Positions 56,822 through 64,000 of a stretch of 64,000 nt of DNA are shown here, one piece after another; position 1 is the first letter of the stretch, and every line of letters begins with the position of its first letter. The notes under the pieces are model-generated. The model searched no databases. It saw nothing but the letters and a program-made list of their open reading frames with translations, and had not been told where the DNA came from. Position numbers and translations under genes: made by a program. Source of the DNA: an uncultured delta proteobacterium (GTDB taxonomy: Bacteria > Myxococcota_A > UBA9160 > UBA4427); the NCBI GenBank assembly GCA_963822965.1, contig CAWGJT010000001.1, positions 160,001-224,000 on the forward strand. The letters run 5' to 3'.

Positions 56822-57870
56822 ACGGCCCCGTTCGCGAGCGGATCCTCCAGCTGCATCCGACGCGCCACTGCAACCTGCAGTGCTCGCACTGCTACTCGAT
56901 CTCGGGTCCCGACCGACACGAAGCGCTGCCCCTCTCGCTGCTCTGCCGGGTGCTGGCGGACGCCCGGGAGGAGGGCTTCGACACGATGAGCATCTCGGGC
57001 GGCGAGCCGCTGCTGTACTCGCCGCTGCGGTACCTGCTGCGGGAGGCGCGCGCGCTCGGCTTCTCCACCAACCTCGTGACCAGCGGCATGCTGCTGACGG
57101 AGCGGCGCCTCGCCGAGCTCGTCGGCTACGTGGACGCCCTGGCCATCAGCCTCGACGGCCGCCCCGCCTCCCACGATCGCATGCGCGGGTCGCCCCGCGC
57201 CTTCGAGTGCATGACTGCCCGGCTCGACGCGCTGCGTCGCTCGGGAATCCCCTTCGGATTCCTCTTCACGCTCACCCAGTGGAACCTGGACGAGCTTCCC
57301 TGGGCGGTGGAGTTCGCCCTGGAGCAGGGCGCATCGCTCCTCCAGGTGCACCCGCTGCAGGCGGTCGGTCGCGCGGCGCTTCACCTGTCGGATTCGGTCC
57401 CGGCCGCGCGCGAGTGCCTCGCCGCGTTCCTGGCGGTAGCCACGTTGCAGATCGAGGTGGGCGACGCGCTCGCCCTGCAGATCGACCTGTGCGACCGCGG
57501 AATCGTCGACGCGGAGCCGGCACGAATCTACGCCGACGAGCTGGCCAGAGAGCCGTGGGAGCTGCCCCTCTCGGAGCTGGCCTGCCCGCTCGTCGTCCAG
57601 TCGGACGGCACGGTGGTCCCCTTCCAGCACGGCATGCCCGAGCCGCTCTGCCTCGGAAACCTCCGCGACGAGCCCCTTGCCGCCATGGCCCGGCGCTGGA
57701 AGCGCGGCGGCGTCTACGCCGCCCGGGACGTGTGCCTGCGGGCGGCGGAGACCGTGGTCGAAGACGTCGGCCGGCCCTTCTTCGACTGGTACTCGGTGGT
57801 GCGGGCCGTCGCCGAGCAGCTCTCCCAGCACGGCTTGCCGCCAAAGCGCGCGCTGGAAGCGATCGGATGA
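56818..57870 (+). CDS. Radical SAM protein (PqqE-like core, degenerate SPASM/Twitch-like C-terminus)
   Basis: CNLQCSHC (CX3CX2C), ISGGEPLL, TSGMLL, ISLDG...HDRMRG; C-terminal VVQSDGTVVP...LGNL. Confidence 0.9.
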   Translation: MNGPVRERILQLHPTRHCNLQCSHCYSISGPDRHEALPLSLLCRVLADAREEGFDTMSISGGEPLLYSPLRYLLREARALGFSTNLVTSGMLLTERRLAELVGYVDALAISLDGRPASHDRMRGSPRAFECMTARLDALRRSGIPFGFLFTLTQWNLDELPWAVEFALEQGASLLQVHPLQAVGRAALHLSDSVPAARECLAAFLAVATLQIEVGDALALQIDLCDRGIVDAEPARIYADELAREPWELPLSELACPLVVQSDGTVVPFQHGMPEPLCLGNLRDEPLAAMARRWKRGGVYAARDVCLRAAETVVEDVGRPFFDWYSVVRAVAEQLSQHGLPPKRALEAIG

Positions 57871-58024
57871 AGACGCGCGCTCGAGAAGGCCCGCAGCGGA
57901 GCGTCCAGGCTCTGCGTGGACGTGACCGCCGGGAGCCAGTGAGTCGATCCCGCGACCGGGCGCCGAACGACGGCCCCGGTAGGTCCGGACGAAAGGAAAC
58001 AAGGAAGGGAAAAGGAGAAGTGCC

Positions 58025-59581
58025 ATGGCCGCTCGATCCCCCTCGTCAGGCAACCCCCAGGGCCCCGACAAGACCCGCTCGAAGCTCGCATCCGCCCACG
58101 CCGCCCGCGCCGGAGAGCGCCCCGGCTATCTCGTCTACTTTCGCGAGCGCAGCGAAGAGAACGAGTCCCTGCTCCGGGACGTCATGTCGCTCAAGCGGGC
58201 GGGTGGAGAACGGGCCGCCTCCATGGCCAGCTCCATCTGCATGCTCGAGACGACCGCCGTCACGGAGGCGGTGCAGGCAGCGCCCCAGGCGCCGCCCCGG
58301 CTGCTCGAGAAGCTGGCCATCGGCGTGGTCAGCCCCGACGACGCGCAGCTGCAGCAGCTGCGCAGGAGCCCGCTGGTCGCCGCGGTGGAGCCCAACGAGC
58401 GGCGCTACGTGCAGATCGAGAGCCAGAGCGAGCTGCTGGCCGGGGGCGTCGCCGCAGTCCGACGCGTGCACGAGGATCGGATGGCACGTCTCGCCGCGGC
58501 CGGTCCCCTCTGGTCGGACCCGTTCGCACGCAGCGGGGGCGCGGAGATCGGGGCCTTCGCGCCCAGCCGCTACGACGGCTACGCGCCCCCGCCCGACACG
58601 TTCGGGCCGTGGAGCAGCGCCGGCCCCATGCGCAGCCCGGGCGGCTCCAACGGCCATCGCTTTCCCTGGTGGTCCCAGCGAGTGGATGGTCCCATGGCTT
58701 CCCTGGACGCCACCCACAGCTGGTGTCTGGACCATGTCGGCGTGCACCGGGGATACGCCCGGGCCACGGGACGCGGCGTCACGGTGGCGGTGCTCGACAC
58801 GGGGATCGACCTCGACCACGGCGACTTCCAGGGACGCTTCCGAACCGACTCGGGCGACCCGGGCATCGACACCGCCGTGAGCTTCGTGGCCGGAGAAGAC
58901 GTCCGCGACCACCACGGCCACGGAACATTCTGCGCGGGCGTCGTCGCCGGACCGACGCAGTCCGCCGGAGGCATGCGCTACGGGGTGGCGCCCGACGCCA
59001 CCCTGCTGGTGGGCAAGGTGCTCGGCAACGACGGCGGAGGCTGGGACAGCGACATTCTCGAGGCAGTGGAATGGGCGGCCGACCGGGGCGCCAAGGTGGT
59101 GTCCATGAGCCTGGGGTCCAAGCGTGGCGTCGAGCGGCCGTTCAGCGAAGGCTTCGAGCGGATCGGCAAGCGCCTGTTCGAAGAGCAGGGCGTCCTGCTG
59201 GTGGCAGCGGCGGGCAACGAGAGCCGGCGGCCCACCGAGGTGGCTGCGGTCGGCAATCCCGCCGCCTGCCCGAGCTTCATGGCGGTGGCGGCCGTCGACG
59301 ACGCCAGCCAGGTGGCCTGGTTCAGCTGCGGTCAGCGCGACCTGGTGGGTCTGGTCGACCTCGCCGCGCCCGGGGTGGACGTGTACTCGGCGGTAGCCGG
59401 CGGCTATCGGCTGATGAGCGGAACCAGCATGGCCACGCCCCACGTGGCGGGGATCGCGGTGCTGTGGCTGAGCCACGATCCGTCGCTGGATCCCTACGAG
59501 CTCTGGTGGAACCTCGAGCAGCACGCAAAGCCGCTCGGCGACGTTCGCGACACCGGGCGCGGGCTGGTGCAGGCGCCGTAG
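58025..59581 (+). CDS. Subtilisin-like S8 serine peptidase, no signal peptide
   Basis: Triad VAVLDTGID / HGHGTFCAG / SGTSMATPHVAG, oxyanion AAAGNE; N-terminal prodomain; strong purine-rich RBS. Confidence 0.93.
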   Translation: MAARSPSSGNPQGPDKTRSKLASAHAARAGERPGYLVYFRERSEENESLLRDVMSLKRAGGERAASMASSICMLETTAVTEAVQAAPQAPPRLLEKLAIGVVSPDDAQLQQLRRSPLVAAVEPNERRYVQIESQSELLAGGVAAVRRVHEDRMARLAAAGPLWSDPFARSGGAEIGAFAPSRYDGYAPPPDTFGPWSSAGPMRSPGGSNGHRFPWWSQRVDGPMASLDATHSWCLDHVGVHRGYARATGRGVTVAVLDTGIDLDHGDFQGRFRTDSGDPGIDTAVSFVAGEDVRDHHGHGTFCAGVVAGPTQSAGGMRYGVAPDATLLVGKVLGNDGGGWDSDILEAVEWAADRGAKVVSMSLGSKRGVERPFSEGFERIGKRLFEEQGVLLVAAAGNESRRPTEVAAVGNPAACPSFMAVAAVDDASQVAWFSCGQRDLVGLVDLAAPGVDVYSAVAGGYRLMSGTSMATPHVAGIAVLWLSHDPSLDPYELWWNLEQHAKPLGDVRDTGRGLVQAP

Positions 59582-59619
59582 ATCGGGAGTAGCTTTCGTG
59601 TGTTCTGGAGGTCGTTCCC

Positions 59620-59847
59620 TTGCGCATTCAGCTGCTGGTCCGCCCGTCGGCCGCCCGCGACGAAGGCGCGGTGGAGCGGCTGGTGGCGGAGGCCGAGGCG
59701 CTCGGGTTCCGGCCGCGGCGGGATCGGCGGCGCTCGTGGCGTCACGGCGTCGTCCACGGTGAGGTCGACGAGGAGGACGTGGTCGAAGCCATCCGAGCGC
59801 TGCCCGACGTCGAGAGCGTCGAGCTCGAACGTCGCCACCAGATCTAG
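59620..59847 (+). CDS. Small protein resembling a subtilisin propeptide / peptidase inhibitor I9
   Basis: 75 aa, TTG after GGAGG; ends GVVHGEVDEEDVVEAIRALPDVESVE, like I9 C-termini and like the S8 prodomain (LRRSPLVAAVEPN). Confidence 0.55.
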   Translation: MRIQLLVRPSAARDEGAVERLVAEAEALGFRPRRDRRRSWRHGVVHGEVDEEDVVEAIRALPDVESVELERRHQI

Positions 59848-60016
59848 AACGCCGCGTGCACTCTCCGATGGACCGACTCGAGCACGCCGTGACGACGCCG
59901 GAGCCCCGATCACGGCGCCGGAACGCACACGCGCGTCGCGCCGACCCGCCCTCTTCTTCGTGCCGCCTCGAGATCTCTATGGATTCTCGACACGGGTCTG
60001 TGATAAGTCTCGCTCC

Positions 60017-61573
60017 GTGACGGACCGTGATCGCGAGCTCGAGCGCCTGCGCAAGGAGCGCACGCTCTACCAGCGGCTGCTCGAGCTGGGCGAGGTGGAC
60101 GACCTCGGCCCCTTCCTCGAGGAAGCGCTCGCGCTGGTCGTGGAGGTGACGGGATCGGCGCAGGGCTACCTCGAGGTTCGCGACGTGACCGGCGGAGACG
60201 ACGCCTTCTCGCTCGCGCGCGGCTGCTCCGAGGACGAGGTCGAGGCGATCCGCGCGCGGATCTCCCGCGGCATCATCGCCGAGGCCATGGCGACGGGCCG
60301 GACGATCCTCACCCATTCGGCGCTGCTCGACGAGCGGTTCCGCGCGCGGGAGAGCGTTCGATCGGGCCGCATCGAAGCGGTGCTGTGCGCGCCGCTGGGC
60401 CGGGACGCCGCCCTCGGCGTGGTGTACCTGGAGGGCCGCTCCGGCGGCGGCCAGTTCAGCGAGGAGGACCGCGAGCTGGCCGAACGCTTCGCGCGTCACC
60501 TCGCGCCGTCCGTCGACCGGCTCTTCGTGCGCCGCCGCTACGCGGAGAGTCGGGACGCGACGCGCGAGCTCCGCCGCCTCTTCAAGCTCGAGGGCATCGT
60601 AGGGCGGAGCCGGGCGCTCGCCGCCGCCCTCGAGCAGGCCATGCTCGCCGCACCGCTGGACGTCACGGTGCTGATCACCGGCCCGTCCGGGTCGGGCAAG
60701 ACCCAGCTGGCCCACGCCATTCACGCCAACAGCCGGCGAGCGGCGGGTCCGTTCATCGAGCTGAACTGCGCGGCGATGCCTCCCTCACTCATCGAGAGCG
60801 AGCTCTTCGGCGCTCGTGCCGGAAGCCACAGCGAGGCGAAGCGCGATCTTCCGGGCAAGGTGCAGGCAGCAGAATCGGGCACCCTCTTCCTCGACGAGAT
60901 CGGCGAGCTGCCGCGCGAGGGGCAGGCGAAGCTCCTGCAGCTCCTCCAGGACCGCCAGTACTTCCCGCTGGGTGCCACCCGGCCCGTGCGGGCCGACCTG
61001 CGGCTCATCGCCGCCTCGAACGCCGACCTGGAGGCGCGGGTCGCCGACAAGCTCTTTCGCGAGGACCTCTTCTACCGCATCAACGTGATCCCGGTGGCGA
61101 TGCCCGCCCTGCGCGATCGCAGCGAGGATCTTCCCGATCTCGCCCGCGACCTGCTCGAGCGGGCGGTGCGGGAGCTGGGGCTCCCGGCCCTGGATCTCTC
61201 CGCGGGCGCGCTGCGCGCGATCGAGGCCTCCGAATGGCCGGGCAACGTGCGCCAGCTGCAGAACGCACTGCGCGCCGCGGCGATCCGCGCCGCCGGCGCG
61301 GGACGCACGGACGTCACGGCCCAGCACGTCTTCCCGAGCTCGGCCGACCCCGCAGGCGAAGAGGAGCACGGGCTCACCTTCCAGGCGGCCACCCGGGCGT
61401 TCCAGCGCGAGCTCCTTGCCCGCACCCTCGAGGAGACGGAGTGGAACGTGCGCGAGACCGCGCACCGCCTGGACATCGCCCGCTCCTACGTCTACCAGCT
61501 CATCCAGACCCTCGATCTGCGCCTCGGCTCGGAGCAGCGAGGCGACCGCAAGCACGACCGCACGAAACCCTGA
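60017..61573 (+). CDS. GAF-domain sigma54-dependent transcriptional activator (GAF-AAA+-HTH)
   Basis: GAF (VLCAPL...GVVYLE...FSEEDRE), GPSGSGKT, ESELFG, loop GSHSEA, LFLDEIGE, FREDLFYRIN, WPGNVRQLQN, HTH; GTG start at 60017. Confidence 0.9.
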   Translation: MTDRDRELERLRKERTLYQRLLELGEVDDLGPFLEEALALVVEVTGSAQGYLEVRDVTGGDDAFSLARGCSEDEVEAIRARISRGIIAEAMATGRTILTHSALLDERFRARESVRSGRIEAVLCAPLGRDAALGVVYLEGRSGGGQFSEEDRELAERFARHLAPSVDRLFVRRRYAESRDATRELRRLFKLEGIVGRSRALAAALEQAMLAAPLDVTVLITGPSGSGKTQLAHAIHANSRRAAGPFIELNCAAMPPSLIESELFGARAGSHSEAKRDLPGKVQAAESGTLFLDEIGELPREGQAKLLQLLQDRQYFPLGATRPVRADLRLIAASNADLEARVADKLFREDLFYRINVIPVAMPALRDRSEDLPDLARDLLERAVRELGLPALDLSAGALRAIEASEWPGNVRQLQNALRAAAIRAAGAGRTDVTAQHVFPSSADPAGEEEHGLTFQAATRAFQRELLARTLEETEWNVRETAHRLDIARSYVYQLIQTLDLRLGSEQRGDRKHDRTKP

Positions 61574-61612
61574 TCGAGAACGGCCACGCGGCCACACGAG
61601 GAGGACGATCGG

Positions 61613-62509
61613 ATGGAGGATTCGAACGCGCCGACGAGCGGAGGGCGCTCGCAGGCGACGTCGCTGGAGGACGCGCTCTCGCAGATGGACGCGGAGCTCT
61701 TCGCGAGTGGCTCGACGTCGACGGTGACGCCGGGTGACACCTGCCCCGACACGTACGAGGCGGCCCTACCCCGGTACGACGAGGACACCCAGGTGGTGAT
61801 GGGGCTCCTCTGGATGGCGTTCGCCTCGGGCGCCGCGACCGCGAGCTCGGGAATCGGAGCTCTGGACGTCACCCATCGCGCCCTGGAGCTCGGCAGCGAG
61901 CGGATGCGCAGCTACGTGTACGACCAGGTGGTGACGAACGGCGGCACCGGGGGAGGCTGGGTGCCCGCTCTCGAGAGCCGCTGGCGAAGCCTGGGGGCTC
62001 GGGCGATGGCTCGCGCCGAGCTGGATGCGAGCAGCGTGATCGATCGCGGGCACTTCGACAGCGCCTGGATGACTTCGAAGCCGGTGCCGGACCGCCCGCC
62101 CCGCCCGCTCTCGAATCCCCTGGAGACCGCCACGGAGCTGATCGGGACCCACCTCTGGTTCCACTTCCAGCTCGGCGCGCTGTTCGGGAGCGATCTGCCC
62201 TACGATAGTCCCGAGGGAATCGTGCGACGCGGCCGGGCGCTGAGCCGCTACTGGGTCCGACACAACGCCGTGAAGTGGGACGTCGTCGATGGACAGCAGG
62301 TCGACTACTCGAAGTGGCCTTGGGCGATGGTGGCCGACTGTGCGATCAAGGCCGGCCGCCGGGCAAACCGCGACGCGGTGCTCGCCGGGTCGTCGAGCAT
62401 CACCTCCGATCACCTCGAGTCCGCCTGGTGCTCGGTCCACTCGGGCATGCTGCGAGTGGCGGAGCGCGCCGGTCGGGACTTCCGCCTGCTCTCCGGCGCC
62501 TGCGGCTGA
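61613..62509 (+). CDS. Hypothetical protein with an internal duplication, possible tandem histone-fold-like domains
   Basis: RBS GAGGAGG; repeats LW..F..GA ... G.RA...A.L..SS.I...H..SAW at about aa 59-152 and 174-272; C-terminus SGACG. Confidence 0.7.
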   Translation: MEDSNAPTSGGRSQATSLEDALSQMDAELFASGSTSTVTPGDTCPDTYEAALPRYDEDTQVVMGLLWMAFASGAATASSGIGALDVTHRALELGSERMRSYVYDQVVTNGGTGGGWVPALESRWRSLGARAMARAELDASSVIDRGHFDSAWMTSKPVPDRPPRPLSNPLETATELIGTHLWFHFQLGALFGSDLPYDSPEGIVRRGRALSRYWVRHNAVKWDVVDGQQVDYSKWPWAMVADCAIKAGRRANRDAVLAGSSSITSDHLESAWCSVHSGMLRVAERAGRDFRLLSGACG

Positions 62510-62513
62510 CCGC

Positions 62514-62553
62514 GGTCTCCCGGGACCGCGCGGCCGCGCGGTCCCCTGAGACC
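62514..62553. other. GC-rich palindrome/hairpin immediately after the 61613-62509 stop
   Basis: Perfect 24-bp palindrome GGGACCGCGCGGCCGCGCGGTCCC (62522-62545) extended by GGTCTC/GAGACC; no U-tract. Confidence 0.6.
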
Positions 62554-62561
62554 CGGGCGCC

Positions 62562-64000
62562 GTGCTCGCCAGCCGCCTCGTCGTCCCGGTCGTTCTCGTC
62601 GCCTCGTGCCAGGTGGCGGTCGGTCTTGCCGGAGTCCTCGTTGGCGCGGCCCTGGGCTGGCCGATGGGCTCGCCCCTGCCGGCATGGGTGTTCGTCGCGC
62701 AGATGCTCGCCTTCGGCGGCACCTGCGCGGTGCTGCTGCTCGGCGCCCGCTCCGATCCCCGGATCGCGTCCCTGGCGGTGGTCTTCGCCCTGATCGCGAC
62801 CTCGTTCGCGCGCGTTCCCATCGGACTGCTGGAATCGAGGCTCGACGCGCCGATCGCGCTCGTGGCGCTGCGCTCGGTGCGGGTGGACGCCCTGCTGCCG
62901 CTCTTCGTGTGGGGCTTCTTCGGGGCGTTCCCGCGCTCCATCGACTCCCAGCGCGTCAAGCTGCTGTTGCGGGCGGCCGGGGTCGTGTCCGCCGTCGTGG
63001 GCGTCGTGCTGATGGGCGTGAACTTGCTGCTCCCCTGGCTGGCGGACGCACCCGCTGCCCTGCGCGTCCTGGACGTGGGCAATCGCGAGAGCCCGTACTG
63101 GGCGCTCGTCTACGGCGTCATGCTCCCCGCCTTCCCCGTCGCCGCCTGGCGGACCCGCACCGCAGAGCGCGACGAGCGGCGGCGCTCGGCGATCTTCGCG
63201 GCGGGCATTGGTGCTGCGGCCCTGCCGGTGGTCCTCTACGTGGTGGCCATGGGAAGCTGGCCGGCCTTCGCGAGCTGGTTCGAGCGGGGCGGTCGCAGCG
63301 TGGTGCTGCCGGTGATCGAGCTGCTGATCGTGTCGATCCCGCTCACGACGGCCTATGCGGTGCTCGTGGACCGGGTGCTGCCCGTTCGTCTCATCCTGCG
63401 CGGCGCGGTACAGCATCGCCTGGCGGGCCTCGTCGCCAGCACCGCCGCCGCCCTGCCCTTCGTCTGGATCGCGTGGTACGCCTGGCGACTCCGCGACGAG
63501 ACCGTCCGGAACCTCGTCTCGGACGAGCGCGCGCTCGCCCTCGTGTCGGCGCTGGCCGTGGGCGTGGTCACCGTGCGGGTGCGGGGACGGGCGCGGGACG
63601 CCATCGATCGGACGTTCTTCCGCGACCGCTACGACTCGCGGACGCTGCTGCGGCACGTCGCGGAGCGCTGCCAGCGCGTGGAGCGGGTCGCCGACCTGGC
63701 CGAGCTTCTGTGCGAAGAGCTCGACCGGGCGCTCCACCTGGAGTCCATCGACGTCTACGTCGCCGACCCCACCCGGGGAGCGCTGCGCTGCGCTCGAGGA
63801 CGGGGTCGGACCCTGGATCCGAGCCCGGCCTTCGTGCGAACCCTCGAGCAGGCGAGCGGCGCCGTCGAGGTGGACCTCGAACGCGCGACGTCTTCGCTGC
63901 GCGCGCTGCCCGAGCCCGACCGCCACTGGCTGGCGGACGGCGGCTACCGCCTGCTGCTGCCCCTGCGATCGTCTTCCGGAGAGCTGCTCGGCCTGGTGGC
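62562..64000 (+). CDS. Polytopic membrane sensor protein, partial (TM bundle + GAF-like domain; probably the N-terminus of a Ser/Thr kinase or phosphatase)
   Basis: Open frame from GTG 62562 to the window end, absent from the ORF track because it has no stop; about 9-10 hydrophobic helices, ERRR...F..G, TTAYAVLVDRVL, IDRTFFRDRYD, WL....RLLLPL...GELLGLV. Confidence 0.75.
   Translation, partial: MLASRLVVPVVLVASCQVAVGLAGVLVGAALGWPMGSPLPAWVFVAQMLAFGGTCAVLLLGARSDPRIASLAVVFALIATSFARVPIGLLESRLDAPIALVALRSVRVDALLPLFVWGFFGAFPRSIDSQRVKLLLRAAGVVSAVVGVVLMGVNLLLPWLADAPAALRVLDVGNRESPYWALVYGVMLPAFPVAAWRTRTAERDERRRSAIFAAGIGAAALPVVLYVVAMGSWPAFASWFERGGRSVVLPVIELLIVSIPLTTAYAVLVDRVLPVRLILRGAVQHRLAGLVASTAAALPFVWIAWYAWRLRDETVRNLVSDERALALVSALAVGVVTVRVRGRARDAIDRTFFRDRYDSRTLLRHVAERCQRVERVADLAELLCEELDRALHLESIDVYVADPTRGALRCARGRGRTLDPSPAFVRTLEQASGAVEVDLERATSSLRALPEPDRHWLADGGYRLLLPLRSSSGELLGLV

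Noticed and set aside
57867..58024. ORF starting at the ATGA overlap after the radical SAM stop as a precursor peptide
   Set aside because: The frame stays open to 58880, overlapping the S8 gene, and is Arg-rich shadow-like; not a discrete small ORF

Overview
High-GC (roughly 70% by eye) bacterial chromosome segment. Gene content and style suggest a Myxococcota/deltaproteobacterial organism (inference). Left part (1-24.6 kb): an exosortase-linked exopolysaccharide locus with a BY-kinase, ExeA-like ATPase, chain-length protein, OM beta-barrel, short OPX, two sigma54 response regulators, a histidine kinase, wecB, exosortase/EpsI, GT4, CapK-like ligase, DUF362, bi-domain oxidoreductase, O-antigen-ligase-like and heparinase II/III-like genes, interrupted by ligA. 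Middle (24.6-48 kb): housekeeping genes (rsmI, yraN, rpsP-khpA-rimM-trmD-rplS, dciA-like, tsaC, purD, purH, alr, thiS-thiG-thiE with a homopolymer frameshift, galK, two HtrA proteases, clpB), three CTAG-flanked MITE-like elements, and a divergent Elp3 / Trm9(ALKBH8)-like methyltransferase / SpoU cluster that looks like a eukaryote-style wobble-U34 (cm5U to mcm5U) pathway in a bacterium. Right end (56.5-64 kb): the best candidate for an undescribed system. Two dyad enhancer sites and a near-consensus sigma54 promoter precede a 26-aa coupled uORF, a radical SAM enzyme, a cytoplasmic S8 protease, a stand-alone I9-like inhibitor, a GAF-sigma54 activator with a variant loop (GSHSEA), an internally duplicated histone-fold-like protein ending in SGACG, and a polytopic membrane sensor that runs off the window. 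This may be a peptide-modification/processing and signalling module. All family calls come from reading motifs by eye; no database searches were run.
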